From positions 864,001 to 928,000 of the forward strand of contig CAVZJV010000014.1 of assembly GCA_963775685.1 (NCBI GenBank): DNA of 64,000 nucleotides. The letters run 5' to 3'. Each line of letters starts with the position of its first letter. Positions within the stretch are counted from its first letter, which is position 1. The position numbers were made by a program, and so were the translations under genes. Positions 1 to 11,184 of the stretch are shown here, piece by piece. Origin of the DNA: Candidatus Bathyarchaeota archaeon (lineage in GTDB: Archaea; Thermoproteota; Bathyarchaeia; Bathyarchaeales; Bathycorpusculaceae). Below the pieces are notes generated by a model that saw only the letters and a list, made by a program, of their open reading frames with translations, ran no database searches and was not told where the DNA came from.

Positions 1-328
1 TGGAGTATTTTTGGGGAAGGCTAAGGAAGGCAAGTTTTTTCCAAGTTTTAACTTGCTTGGGATGCTATCGAAGAAAGGCGCGAACCGAGTTGTTGTCGAT
101 TCTAAGGCTGCTTGGCTTTTTATCTGCGGCAGAGACATTTTGGGGAAAAGTATTGTTCGGATTCAAGGTCCTGGTAGAAAAAATACGAATACTTTGGTGT
201 TAAATGAATTTGGCGAATGTTTAGGTTTTGGCAGAATTATTGAAAACCTGAACGGTGAAGCGGGGGATAATCAAATTGCGGTCAGAAACGTTTCTGACGT
301 GGGCGATTTTCTGCGTAGAGAACGTTAA
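1..328 (+). CDS. Nip7-like PUA-domain ribosome biogenesis protein, C-terminal part (5' truncated by window)
   Basis: Motifs LFICGRDI, LVLNEFGECLGFG and DVGDFLRRE resemble the archaeal Nip7/PUA C-terminus. Confidence 0.6.
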   Translation, partial: GVFLGKAKEGKFFPSFNLLGMLSKKGANRVVVDSKAAWLFICGRDILGKSIVRIQGPGRKNTNTLVLNEFGECLGFGRIIENLNGEAGDNQIAVRNVSDVGDFLRRER

Positions 329-546
329 GTGTGAATTTTTTGGATGCTTGACTAGTTAAAAATTGTTTTTAAGCGTTTTTGTCCGCGCGAAAAGCAACCA
401 GACCCCAGTACATTATTTCAATAATTTGTTTAGATCCTGGACATTTATCCATAAGTTTGGAGCGATAAACTTAAATATGTTTACGTTTAATCTGATTTCC
501 ATAACATATGGAGATTAAGCCAAGCCTGAAACAAGGAGTGTAAAAC

Positions 547-1911
547 TTGAAAGATTTTAAAAACCCAGCGTGGAAAGAACAAGTAACAAAAGTAGTCCAA
601 CAAATCCAAGAAAACGACATCAAATTTGTTAGACTACAATTCACCGACATAAACGGAATGCTCAAAAATCTAGCTGTCAGCTCCAAAAACATCGAGAACA
701 TCTTCGAAAACGGCCAATCCTTCGATGGATCCTCAATCACCGGTTACAGACCAATTGAAGAATCAGACATGGTTCTCTACCCTGACCCAACCACCTTCGC
801 CATTTTGCCCTGGAGACCAAAAGAGAAATCTTCCTGCAGACTAATCTGCGACGTTTTCACCCCACAAAACAAACGTTTCGAAGGCGACCCAAGGTACATC
901 TTAGAGCGAGCGGTCGAAAAAGCCGCCAAAGCAGGTTACACCTTCATCTGTGCCCCTGAACTAGAATTCTTCATAGTTAAAGAAAGCGAAAACGGCGGAT
1001 TACCAAAACCAATCGATTTAGCCGGATACTTTGACTTCCATCCAAGCGACCTAACCGACGACCTACGCCGAGAAATCGCAGACACAGCAGAAGCTTTCGG
1101 TATCGAAATCGAGATCAGCCACCACGAAGTTGCCCTCGGACAAAACGAAATCGACTTCAAATATGGTGAGGCTCTCGTTACAGCTGACCGCGCAATAACC
1201 ATGAGGATGTGTGGTAAAGTCGTTGCGGCACGCGCAGGCTACGTTACAACTTACATGCCTAAACCCTTCCAAGGCATCAACGGCAGCGGCATGCACTGCC
1301 ACATGAGCCTTTGGAACAAAGACAGCACACAAAACCTCTTCTACGCAGACGACGCCAAAAATGGCTACCTCTCCGACGTAGCACGAAACTTCATCGGTGG
1401 ACAACTCGCCCACGGACGAAAGATGGCGGCAGTCCTCAACTCATGGCCAAACAGCTACAAACGTCTCGTTCCAGGATACGAAGCCCCTGTCTACCTTGCA
1501 TGGGCACACAAAAACCGCAGCCCACTAATTCGCGTACCCAACTTCGGCGGCAGAAAGAACGCTGCAAGATGCGAAATCCGATGCCCTGACGGCGCAGGCA
1601 ACCCATACCTACAATTCGCAGTTCTATTGGCAACCGGCTTAGACGGTTTAAAGAACAAGATTGACCCAGGCGACCCAGTTGAACTCAACGTTTACCACAT
1701 GAGCTACGAAGAACGCAAAGAACGCGGCATAGTCTCCCTGCCAGAGAACCTCAAAGAAGCACTTGACGAACTTGAAAGCAGCGACTTGATGCGTGAAACC
1801 CTCGGCCCAGTCACATTCGAGAACTTCCTTAAAGAGAAACGACACGAATGGGACCTCTACCGAACGCAAGTTACCGAGTGGGAAGTTAACCGCTACATCA
1901 AACGACTCTAA
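547..1911 (+). CDS. glnA: Glutamine synthetase type I
   Basis: FDGSSI, HHEVA..QNEI, MPKP..GINGSGMHCH, NSYKRLVPGYEAP and EIRCPD motifs; GGAG upstream. Confidence 0.97.
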   Translation: MKDFKNPAWKEQVTKVVQQIQENDIKFVRLQFTDINGMLKNLAVSSKNIENIFENGQSFDGSSITGYRPIEESDMVLYPDPTTFAILPWRPKEKSSCRLICDVFTPQNKRFEGDPRYILERAVEKAAKAGYTFICAPELEFFIVKESENGGLPKPIDLAGYFDFHPSDLTDDLRREIADTAEAFGIEIEISHHEVALGQNEIDFKYGEALVTADRAITMRMCGKVVAARAGYVTTYMPKPFQGINGSGMHCHMSLWNKDSTQNLFYADDAKNGYLSDVARNFIGGQLAHGRKMAAVLNSWPNSYKRLVPGYEAPVYLAWAHKNRSPLIRVPNFGGRKNAARCEIRCPDGAGNPYLQFAVLLATGLDGLKNKIDPGDPVELNVYHMSYEERKERGIVSLPENLKEALDELESSDLMRETLGPVTFENFLKEKRHEWDLYRTQVTEWEVNRYIKRL

Positions 1912-1923
1912 ACAAAATCCTTC

Positions 1924-1953
1924 AGCCTCTTTTGAGGCTCAAAACTTTATTTT
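1924..1953. terminator. Hairpin plus T-tract between convergent glnA and hisS
   Basis: AGCCTC-TTTT-GAGGCT stem at 1924-1939 followed by a T-rich run. Confidence 0.5.
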
Positions 1954-3228
1954 TTAGCTTTTAATTTTCTCAGCCAATTTCTCGATCGCTACAGTATTTT
2001 GTTGCCGGTTCAAAAGATCCTTCAACACAACCGCACCTTCCTTGAGTTCTCTTTCTCCAACGATAACGGCAAAATCTACTTTGCGTTTGTCGGCATCTTC
2101 GAGGGCTTTGGCCATTTTTCGGCCCATAACCTCAAACTCCGCCGTCACTCCAGCAGCGCGCAACTGCTGTGCTATCTTTAGTGCTTCAGACTTGAGCATT
2201 TCAGCAATGGGAATAACTACGGCTTTCTTTTCTATTTTTGCAGCAAGGGCGGTTTTCTGGGTTTTTAATGCAATGGCAATGCGGTCGATCCCGTGGGCGC
2301 AACCAACCGCCGGTGTTGGTTCGCCGCCGAAGGTTTCGATGAGCTTGTCGTATCGTCCGCCGCCGCCAAGAGCGATGTCAAGCCCAGGAATGTAGATTTC
2401 GAAAATTGCACCTGTGTAGTATTCTAAGCCTCGGGCGAACGCTGGCTCAACCGTGATAGATGGATTAGCGCTTTCAGTTACGAGCTTGAGCACTTCTGCA
2501 AGGTTTTCTGCGGCAGATTTGGCTTTCTCGCAGCCTGCAACGTAGGTTTGGATTTGCTCAACGGTGTCTAGCCAATCGTTCCCTCTAATTTCAATCAGCC
2601 CCTGCAGCATGCTTCGGCACTTCTCAGACTCCACAAGTTTGAGGGCAGAAGGGTACTCTTTTTTGTCCATACGCTGCAAAATCGCATTCTGAGTTTTCTC
2701 GTCGACGCCCTCTTGGCCAAGAATGCCCTTAATCACGCCTATGTGCCCAATTTTGAAGGCGTAACCCTTCAACCCCAAAGAGTTCATAAGGCTGTTGGTT
2801 AACAAGATTATTTCGGCGTCGGCTTCAGGCCTAGCGGAGCCCATGAGTTCAAAGTTGGACTGCCAAAACTCACGGTAACGTCCACGCTGAGGTTCATCGT
2901 AACGGTAAACAGTTCCAACAGAAAATAATCGCAGAGGTTTAGGGTCATTTTTTAGCAAGGTCGTAGCTAGTCGCGCGATTGAGGCGGTAAATTCGGGCCG
3001 CAGGGCAACTTGGCGGTCGCCGAGGTCCTTGAAGATGAACATGCGTTGGCGGATTTCCTCGCCTGATTTGGCGCCCAACAGCTCCAGCGGCTCAACATGT
3101 GGAGTTATAACTTCTTTAAAGCCGTAGAGCGATGCGGTTTCCCTCGCCTTTGCTGTAATGTAGGTGAATGTTTGGGCTTCTTCCCCTATGAGGTCTCTCA
3201 TTCCGCGAACAGGTTGGAAAGCAGGCAT
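1954..3228 (-). CDS. hisS: Histidine--tRNA ligase
   Basis: VRGMRD, LRPEFTASIAR, YRYDEPQRGRYREF, ARGLEYYTG, GGGRYD. Confidence 0.97.
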   Translation of the reverse strand: MPAFQPVRGMRDLIGEEAQTFTYITAKARETASLYGFKEVITPHVEPLELLGAKSGEEIRQRMFIFKDLGDRQVALRPEFTASIARLATTLLKNDPKPLRLFSVGTVYRYDEPQRGRYREFWQSNFELMGSARPEADAEIILLTNSLMNSLGLKGYAFKIGHIGVIKGILGQEGVDEKTQNAILQRMDKKEYPSALKLVESEKCRSMLQGLIEIRGNDWLDTVEQIQTYVAGCEKAKSAAENLAEVLKLVTESANPSITVEPAFARGLEYYTGAIFEIYIPGLDIALGGGGRYDKLIETFGGEPTPAVGCAHGIDRIAIALKTQKTALAAKIEKKAVVIPIAEMLKSEALKIAQQLRAAGVTAEFEVMGRKMAKALEDADKRKVDFAVIVGERELKEGAVVLKDLLNRQQNTVAIEKLAEKIKS

Positions 3229-3282
3229 TCATTTGTGCTCCTAAACAAGCTAAATGGTACAATTATTCTATTAAACTCTCGC

Positions 3283-4086
3283 TCAGGGATTGTAGGCTTC
3301 TATTTCAAGCCGCATCATACCCAAATGGATGGTGCCGTCAGCATCAGCTGGGTGGTTTTTGAGGTAGCGGCGGGCGATTTCTTTAACAAATAAGTCCCGT
3401 TTTTCAATGGGTAACCGTTCTGTGTAAGGCAGCCACGTTGTCCGTATCCACCCAGCCAACCCTTCCTCACCAGCATGCTTCATATCCCTTGGAAAAAGCT
3501 CAACACACTTTGGCTTGAGACCTAACTTCGTTAAGAAATGCTCGATAATCTTCGGCACTGAAAAATCCGTAAGGAAACGTAAAGCCTTCGAAATACTGTT
3601 TCCATGGAGTTTCGGTTAACAGGTCGGTTAGAATCGCGATTATGTCTTGGGCATTGCCTTTTCCAGCCATTTGAGCGACGAGTCTTCCTTTGGGTTTTAG
3701 GCTTCTCTGCACGCCCTCTAAAAACTTTTTTCTGTTCAACTATCCAGTGCAGCGCTGCATTAGAGAAAACCAGGTCGAATTCTTCATAAAAGGGAAGTTT
3801 TCGGGCATCCATTATTTGAAACGTGAGGTTTGGGTAATCTTTATTTGAGAAGGTGTTTTTTGCCAAATTTATCATTTGAGCAGAACTGTCAATGCCGACT
3901 GCTTGGCCATTTGGCAGGCACTTTGTGAGTTCCGCAGTGATTTTGCCGTCGCCACAGCCCAGATCCAGCAGTGCCTCGTTTCCTTGTAGCCTAAGTTTGG
4001 AAATGAGTTCTCTTGCCCATTGAAACTGATTCGAAGAATTCTTAGCATAGTCTTTTGCATCCCACGAGTAGTCTAGGTTTATTCAT
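3283..4086 (-). CDS. Class I SAM-dependent methyltransferase (Tam-like), split by frameshifts
   Basis: Joined frames give WDAKDYAKNSSNQ, LLDLGCGDG, FSNAALHW, SLKPKGRL and GWIRTTWLPY; breaks probably sequencing errors. Confidence 0.8.
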
Positions 4087-4661
4087 CTTGGTCTTGGTCT
4101 TGCACAATTTTGCTAAAGCTTAGTGGGGAAACAGAGTAATGTACAACCTCGCCACGTCGGTTGGTAACGGCTAAAATTAGCTCCTTCTTTTGGCTGTTGC
4201 ATTTGGTCAAAGCATCTGCGAGGTCGTTTACAGGGAGCGGTTTGCCTTCCTGCGTGACCATAATTAGATAGGGGGCAGTGTCTTTGCCGTAGGTTCCTCG
4301 CTCGTAGATACGGAAGTCGATGCCTCTGCCGAATCCTTCCCTGACGACATATCCTCGGCTGCGAAGGTCGCGGTAAACCAAGTAGTTAACCCATGCGTTG
4401 TCGTTTTGGGTTTCATAGTAGTGCAGAAGACTCTGAAAATCGATAGCTTTGCACTTTTACGTCTTTGACTTCAAGCATACCTTTATCCAAAAGGTACAGC
4501 GCCTCGTAAAAAGTCAATATGAAAACTTTGTTCTCCAACGTGCCATATCCCCGGGAAGAAAGGGCGTCGATGTTGCTTTGCTCGGAGATTTTGACGCCTT
4601 TCTCTGCGAGGACTCCATTGGTCCTAAATTCTACGGGTGTTGTCTTTTGGTTTTCGTTCAT
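4079..4661 (-). CDS. endA: tRNA-intron endonuclease (frameshift near 4440)
   Basis: LTFYEALYLL in ORF 4413-4661; VYRDLRSRGYVVREGFG..DFRIY in ORF 4079-4381. Confidence 0.88.
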
Positions 4662-4678
4662 TTTTGCTCATCTTTGTG

Positions 4679-5701
4679 CTATGTTTTTCCTTTTTTGAAA
4701 TCGCCAAAGTTCTTGCTGTAAATTATTCGGTTCTCCGTTATGATGGCTGTGACATATTTGAGGGGTGTTGGGTCAAATGAGGGGTTCATGACTGCTACGC
4801 CATCGGGAGCGGTTTGTTGACAGCCCACGTGGGTTACTTCTTCAGGTTTGCGTTCTTCAATTTCGACTTCTGCTGCTTTGCGTGTCAAATCAAAAGTTGA
4901 TGTGGGCGCGGCAACATAGAAGGGAATTTGATGTTCATGTGCCAACACCGATACGCTGTAAGTCCCAATTTTATTAAAAACGGCGTCCTGCACGATGCGG
5001 TCTGCACCTACAATAACTAGGTTGACAAGACCTTTGCTCATGATGTAGCCTGCCATGTTGTCGGTGATAAGCGTTACTGGAATGCCGTCGCGTTTAAGCT
5101 CGTAGGCTGTGAGCCTTGCGCCCTGCAGAAGCGGACGGGTTTCGTCGGCGATGACTTTGATTTTTTTGCCTTCTTCCCAAGCTGCTCGGATGACGCCTAA
5201 TGCAGTTCCGTATTCGACGGTTGCCAGTTCGCCAGCGTTACAGTGAGTCAGGACAGTGTCGCCATCTTTGATCAGCACCGAGCCGTTCTTTCCGATGGCG
5301 CGGTTTTGAGCGGCGTCTTCATCTGCGATTTTTTGCGCTTCCACAACCACAGCTGCCTTAAGTTCATCAGCACTTCCCAAAAAGCGCCGTGCCATATTCA
5401 GGACTCGATCAACACCCCAAAACAGATTCACAGCTGTAGGTCTTTGTCGTTTGATGACTGTGCCTGCGGTTTCCAGTTCCACCATTAGCTTTGCCTTTTC
5501 TTTTGCTTTAGAATTGAAGGCGGCTATTGCCATGCCGAACCCTGCGGCTGCACCCAAAAGCGGCGCGCCCCGGACGCGGAGGTTTTTTATGGCTTCTGCC
5601 ATTTGGTCGACTGTTTTGATTTCTAAGATGACTTCTTGGAGGGGTAGTTTGGTTTGGTCGGGTGTTATAACGGTTCCGTTTTGCCACTTTATCATCCGCA
5701 T
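4679..5701 (-). CDS. mtnA: S-methyl-5-thioribose-1-phosphate isomerase
   Basis: VRGAP, RPTAVNL, THCNAGELAT, ETRPLLQGARLT, NKIGTY. Confidence 0.95.
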   Translation of the reverse strand: MRMIKWQNGTVITPDQTKLPLQEVILEIKTVDQMAEAIKNLRVRGAPLLGAAAGFGMAIAAFNSKAKEKAKLMVELETAGTVIKRQRPTAVNLFWGVDRVLNMARRFLGSADELKAAVVVEAQKIADEDAAQNRAIGKNGSVLIKDGDTVLTHCNAGELATVEYGTALGVIRAAWEEGKKIKVIADETRPLLQGARLTAYELKRDGIPVTLITDNMAGYIMSKGLVNLVIVGADRIVQDAVFNKIGTYSVSVLAHEHQIPFYVAAPTSTFDLTRKAAEVEIEERKPEEVTHVGCQQTAPDGVAVMNPSFDPTPLKYVTAIITENRIIYSKNFGDFKKGKT

Positions 5702-5773
5702 CTTCCAGATACCTCAATGGTGATTGTAATGACAACGATTAGTTGTGGGGTTGTGTTAAAGATTTTCTATCCC

Positions 5774-6163
5774 CTATCGCTTGAAGCGTTGGACTAAATC
5801 AAGCAGGTTGCCGTAGAGATCTTCTAAAACCACATCGATGCCCCAAGCCTGCATTTCAGGCCTGCCATAGAATTTTACGCCTTTCGCCTTCAACGTTTTG
5901 TATTCTTTTCTGCAATCGTCCGTTTCCAAGGTAAAGAACACATGGTCACCAGCCTGCTTACCCGCCACCCTACGTTTCTCCTCGCTGTCAGCTAAAATCA
6001 AGGTCAACTCAAGGTCACTTTGGCCTTTAGTAGAAACAGTAACCCACCGCATTTTGCCTATGGGCATATCTTGGCTTTTTTGGAACCCAAGTTTTTCAGT
6101 ATAGAATTTTAGGGCTTCGTCTTGGTCTTTGACAAGCAGGGTTACGTATCCGATTTTGTTCAT
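5774..6163 (-). CDS. VOC (glyoxalase/bleomycin resistance) family protein
   Basis: VKDQDEALKFYTEKLGF ... DLYGNLLDL. Confidence 0.9.
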   Translation of the reverse strand: MNKIGYVTLLVKDQDEALKFYTEKLGFQKSQDMPIGKMRWVTVSTKGQSDLELTLILADSEEKRRVAGKQAGDHVFFTLETDDCRKEYKTLKAKGVKFYGRPEMQAWGIDVVLEDLYGNLLDLVQRFKR

Positions 6164-6214
6164 TGGTTCCTCTCATCCATGTTAACAAAATGAAAAGAGG
6201 GGCTTAAGTTTTGT

Positions 6215-6967
6215 TTAAGCAGAACTATCAAATGGCGATTTGAGGTGTGTGACGACTTCTATGGGTGAGTCTTGGCCTGATTTTAGCCTCTTCTTCCATT
6301 CCTCGCCAACCGCGATAAGCGAAAAAATACCTGAGACCTCAGCTTTGGATTTCTTGACAAGGTTCACTAATGCCTCCTGGGTTTCGCCGCTCTTAATCAT
6401 GTCATCCACCACCAGCACACTATCGCGTTTCTTGATAGATTCTTTGGGAATGTAAAGGGTGACGGTTACGCCTGAGTCTCTGCCTAAAATGTAAGTTTCC
6501 TCTAAGAAGGCTTTTACGCCGACTTCTTTGTTGCGTTTGGCAACAATGAGGTTTACGCCCAATGAGTTGGCAACCATGGTAGCTAATGGGATGCCGTCTA
6601 CCGCCGCAGTCAAAATTTTGGTTACGCGTTTGCCAGCGAAGTTGGCCAGGGCGTGGTTTGCTGCTTGCTGGAGGATGTTGTAGTCGCCAACGATTTCGGT
6701 GTTGTCAAAGTAGCCAATGTCGTCGAATTTTATTCTGCTGCGAAGTTCCGCTTCTAAGCCTACAAGTTTGGTTAAGACCCGCCATAGTTGTTTAGCTCTT
6801 GTGGTGTTGGGCAGCACGTGTCCTTTTGCGTAGCGGCTAAGCACGGTAACGGGCAAGCCGGTTTTGGAGGCGAGTTCTCTGTAAGTAATGTTTCGCTTGT
6901 ACTTTGCGGTTCGTAGCAGTTCGATTGTCATTAAGCGAAGCTTCAAATCTTCTGCGTGAGTACTCAT
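6215..6967 (-). CDS. HTH plus phosphoribosyltransferase protein (PurR-like regulator)
   Basis: N-terminal HTH TYRELASKTGLPVTVLSRY; PRPP motif VLVVDDMIKSGET. Confidence 0.85.
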   Translation of the reverse strand: MSTHAEDLKLRLMTIELLRTAKYKRNITYRELASKTGLPVTVLSRYAKGHVLPNTTRAKQLWRVLTKLVGLEAELRSRIKFDDIGYFDNTEIVGDYNILQQAANHALANFAGKRVTKILTAAVDGIPLATMVANSLGVNLIVAKRNKEVGVKAFLEETYILGRDSGVTVTLYIPKESIKKRDSVLVVDDMIKSGETQEALVNLVKKSKAEVSGIFSLIAVGEEWKKRLKSGQDSPIEVVTHLKSPFDSSA

Positions 6968-7096
6968 TTTTCCTTAACCCCTTTTTTTACATTTATAAGT
7001 TAATTATTATATGCTATCCACTATTGCATCTTGCCAATTTATAATTTTCCGTTAAAATTTATGCAGCACTCCCGCAAAGCCACAATACAATATAGG

Positions 7097-7468
7097 TCAA
7101 GATGAGAACTTTGAAAAGTAGACGATGTTTCCTTCTTTGAATGCTCGCAAAAGTTCGCCGTGACGCAGGACAGCAAACTCGCGCTCGATCTCTGCAGGCG
7201 TCATGTTCAAACGGCTTGTTAATTCTTCTTTGCTGATTTGTCCTCTCTCTGCAACGATATTGTAAATCTTTTTTTGCAGTTCGGTCAAGCCCTCAGTGCC
7301 TGTTTGCCCCAACTGCTTTCGGACCGACAAAGTGGATGACACAGCTAATGGGTCGCATACTTTGGGTGGATTCATAAGGTCAAAGCAGCAATCTTCACAC
7401 AAAACTTTCCCTAGGAAATGATTAACCTGGTTTTCTTCAAGAGTTAATCCACATTGTTCACATTTCAC
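7097..7468 (-). CDS. Hypothetical zinc-finger plus winged-helix protein
   Basis: CEQC/LCEDCC, CDPLAV and EREFAVLRHGELLRA. Confidence 0.7.
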   Translation of the reverse strand: MKCEQCGLTLEENQVNHFLGKVLCEDCCFDLMNPPKVCDPLAVSSTLSVRKQLGQTGTEGLTELQKKIYNIVAERGQISKEELTSRLNMTPAEIEREFAVLRHGELLRAFKEGNIVYFSKFSS

Positions 7469-7599
7469 CAGAATCGCTCCACTAAAATAACGGCCTCTAA
7501 TGCTTATCTTCGTTTCGCAGTTTTGCGCCAGCGGAGTCTTGTGTTAACATTAAGCTTTTTAGATGGAAACGTAAACTCCTATACCTACAGGGGGACATG

Positions 7600-8128
7600 G
7601 ATGCAGAAGCTACAGCGGCTATTCATAATTGCACTCTTCGGCTCAATCATCTTCGTAACCAACATATTCCTCCCTTCCCCGCTCAACTATCTCATCATAG
7701 TTGTCCAAGCCGTTCTGCTCGCTTTAAGTGGGCTGTTTATCCCAAAAATAGGCGCTATGTCCGCGGGTGCAGTTGGAGGACTTCTAACAGCGCTCATCGG
7801 CGGTGGAGCTTTAGGGCCGTTTACCTTTTTCTTTGCGTTCCTCTTCGGAGTATATGTAGATGTCTTTTTGTCCTTCTTTAAAGTAAAAGGTTCTCCTCAA
7901 GGCACAAGCCGCAACAGGCTTATAGCGGCAATGGCGGTAAGCACCCTTTTGATTGCAGTTTCGAGCTATTTGTCGTTTACAACTGGGTTTTTCTATTTTA
8001 GTTTGCTTGTTGAACGCAGCGCCTTGCTGGATGCTCTTGTAATGTTCATGGGTCCAGTCACGGGTGCCGTGGCAGGGTATGCTGCTTCTTATCTGTGGAA
8101 TAAGTACCTGCGGCATATTAGCGTCTAA
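7600..8128 (+). CDS. Integral membrane protein (ECF S-component-like)
   Basis: About five hydrophobic helices; likely start MQKLQR after GGGGA. Confidence 0.6.
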
Positions 8129-8394
8129 AGTTGCAGTTCCCTGATTTTTTGGTCAACAAGCTTGGCAATCATCAAATTAGAAATAAACACACACCGAACA
8201 CCCAAAAGTTCAGCGAGTTCGGCGGGTTTCTGGTCCTGAGTCACCAAAACCAGCTTATGCTTGCCCGCGTACTCCACAACATCGCGGTCTTTAGCACTCT
8301 TCAAACCTGCTTCTTGCGCAGTCAAAACCTCATAGCCTAAAGTCTCCAAATACTCCTTTAGCCCAGCGTACATTTCGTCAAGCAGAATCTTCAT
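8125..8394 (-). CDS. DUF5615 / Mut7-C PIN-like protein
   Basis: MKILLDEM...L...GYEV...D..V..YA....LVLVTQD. Confidence 0.8.
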   Translation of the reverse strand: MKILLDEMYAGLKEYLETLGYEVLTAQEAGLKSAKDRDVVEYAGKHKLVLVTQDQKPAELAELLGVRCVFISNLMIAKLVDQKIRELQL

Positions 8395-8435
8395 ACTTCT
8401 CAGTTTTGCAGTTAAATTATTTAGCTTTTACCGTC

Positions 8436-9068
8436 CTAGTCGATGAGTAGTAATGCAAAGGATTCTGGGTTTTTGGCGAATGGGAAAGTAACTGTTATCC
8501 CAGCGTTGGCTGCAGTTTTTTTCACGTTGACCCCAACGGCATCTTCGGACCAGCGGGCCAAATTTGGATGAGCACAAATTTTTGTTTCGATGTTGCATTT
8601 CTCGCAAAGTTGACAGTGTCCAGAAACGAACGATAAGGCTAAACTGTAGCCTTTGTTCATAGCGGCTTTTTCCAAGCCAACTACTTTCTGCAACATTTTG
8701 CGTTTGTCGTCTTTCCAGTCCTGCCAGAACTTCGCGGCTTTCTCCTTGATTTCCTTACTAACGGTTGGGTCTGTTTCAGCAACCATCAGTTTTGCAAGCA
8801 CCTCTGGTTCAGCTTGGGCGTTGGAGGTGAATTTCATGAACATTGCGTAGCTGTATTCTGAGACAATTTTGCGAAATGCCTCTGCGGTCGGAGTGTAGGG
8901 TGGGCAGGCGAGGGTTTTGCCATGGTGGTTGCAGCCGACCTTGCATTTGAGTACAACACGGTCTTCAACGACAACTTTGCTAGTTGGAATGATTTTAGCG
9001 TCGACGGCTCCCTTTTCGAGAGCTAACTTTATAAGAAACTGGAAATTTTCAGTGCTTTCTAAGGACAT
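8436..9068 (-). CDS. DUF2284 metal-binding protein
   Basis: KCKVGC..HGKTLACPPY, GHCQLCEKC, CAHP..AR.S.DAVGVNV. Confidence 0.85.
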   Translation of the reverse strand: MSLESTENFQFLIKLALEKGAVDAKIIPTSKVVVEDRVVLKCKVGCNHHGKTLACPPYTPTAEAFRKIVSEYSYAMFMKFTSNAQAEPEVLAKLMVAETDPTVSKEIKEKAAKFWQDWKDDKRKMLQKVVGLEKAAMNKGYSLALSFVSGHCQLCEKCNIETKICAHPNLARWSEDAVGVNVKKTAANAGITVTFPFAKNPESFALLLID

Positions 9069-9259
9069 TTACTTTACTACCTTTTGGGCTTGACGGTGAC
9101 TTTTAATATAAACATTTAGCAGTGATGACGATTTTTGCCATGTTTACCTTTTGTTCATAAGCATTCGCTTGGTTCTAGTTTACACTTTTGCGTTTCAAAG
9201 GAAAATTTCCTTATGCTAAAATCCAGAAAAGCACAATTATCAATAAGCTAGGAATAGAT

Positions 9260-10003
9260 TAAAAGAAAATAGGTACTAAAATCACAATTGCTGCCGTAAC
9301 CATTGTAGCTGCAGTTGTAATAATCAGCGGTTATGTTTTCTTAAACGTGCAGTTGCCCATGGAACAAAAAGAACAGACAAAACAATCCCGACTACAACGG
9401 GCAAGCGTGAAAATATCGGCTTCAAAATTGAATGGAACGTCGACTGCAAACAACCACAAAAAACAGTATAGGGGTTACCTGCAAGTTAGAAGCCCCAAAG
9501 GGGCGCATAGAGGATTTGACTGGAGTAACAACCGAAGCTTTTGACGATTCCTCACAACTGACGATTAATGCTCAAGGAAACTATCTAACTCAAATAAAGG
9601 ACTGATTGTAAGCCACAAAGTAGACATAATAATAAAACCCCCATCAATAGCCAAATGCCTGGACATAACCACCTTAAACGGCAATATAGTTAAGCCCCAA
9701 CTTAACGAAACCGTAATCACAGCATCAACAACAATGGTAATGCAGACATTAGTGACGATAACGCAACCACCATAAATGCGTCAAGCTTAAATGGCAACGT
9801 CAACGTCAAGCTGAGAGGAGGCACCTTATGCCAAGTTGATGCCAACACGGCCAACGGACATTTAACTTCCAAGGAATAGCATTGAACACAAGCAACAAAC
9901 CTCAACTGATCTAACTGGCAGCACTTCAGGCGGCCAAGGAAACCTTGAGCTAATATTCTCAACCGCAAACAGAAACATAACAATAGAGTACTTCTCTCAG
10001 TAA
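9260..10003 (+). pseudogene. Degraded DUF4097-type beta-strand-repeat membrane-anchored protein
   Basis: N-terminal TM segment, then fragments with repeated (T/S)xNGN motifs across frames; many stops. Confidence 0.5.
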
Positions 10004-10121
10004 AACCAGTTTTTTTCTTTTTTGTTTCTCCGCTATGAGCTCTTTAATGAGCGTTGTTTATCTGCTTGTTAAAAAAACCTTATAGTATATCACAAACGCC
10101 TAATCTATTGCATGTGAGACT

Positions 10122-10831
10122 TTGGTAATGCTCAGTAAGTCGATTTGGGCGGGAATACTGCTGGTACTGATTTGGCTATTGGCTTGTCCTCAGTTCTGCG
10201 CAACCGGACAAACTCAAACCAAAACAACCTTTGCCCCCCAAGACAAATTCAGCATTCCCCAATACAACAGCACTATAAATTTTGCCCTAAACGGCCCCTA
10301 CTCAAAGGCAGCTTTGGAAAATGGTGCTTGGACATTTAAGAATTTGAAGTTGGATTCTCAAAATCTTAGTTTTTTGGGACTCAACGCAACCCAGGGTTTG
10401 GGAGACCTGAGTTTCTGCCCAAAACTCCAATATTACAATTTTAGCTTTCATTTCAGTCAATTACTCTATCCCAGTTGATTTGCTATCCTATTATGCAGAG
10501 GGCACGGGCAATCAAACCCGTGAATCTGGGGCTGAATTCTTCGCGGTCTTCAAGTGAGGAGTGGAGCGTTATTGTCTCGGACAGCGTCTTTTTGCCTCTG
10601 GGTCAAGGTTGGAGTCTTTTGCCTGACGACTCAGTGCTTGTATGGGGGAAGACGGGAAATGTGACTGTTCTACACTTTGTCTTCAATGCGGAATACAATA
10701 GCTTGTCTTTCTTTCTGCAACACTACGTCGGCATATCCACAGCCATATTGTTGATTGCAACGGCTGCTATTGCAGCAACCGTAAGGTATAAGTCAAAAAG
10801 AAAGCGAACCCCAACACCTGCCGATAAATAA
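10122..10831 (+). CDS. Secreted/membrane hypothetical protein, frameshifted
   Basis: Signal peptide in 10122-10478; C-terminal TM plus basic tail in 10475-10831. Confidence 0.55.
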
Positions 10832-11184
10832 TAAAAGGAAATTGACTTTTAGGACTATCCGAAAATGCTTTTGCATCTCTTGGAAGAAGAAATGTTGTTT
10901 TGCAGAGTTTTTTTGGGATGCTTTCTTGTTTAGGGTTTGTGGTTTTTGCAGGCTGCGTCTGGGAAGGTCCCAAACAGTTAGTTTTGCAGTTGCCAAGTCT
11001 GAGCCTTTTCCAACATTGACTGGGCTAACTTCTGCATTTACCGTAGTGATGGTTGCTAGTTTAAGCGTTTGGTTGCATCTTTACTTCGAGGAGCATCGAT
11101 AATGAGAACCTTTCCAAATACTAAAAACCATCATTATCGATATGAAAGTTGGCTTAAACTCTGTCTTGCAAGCGCAAGGATAAT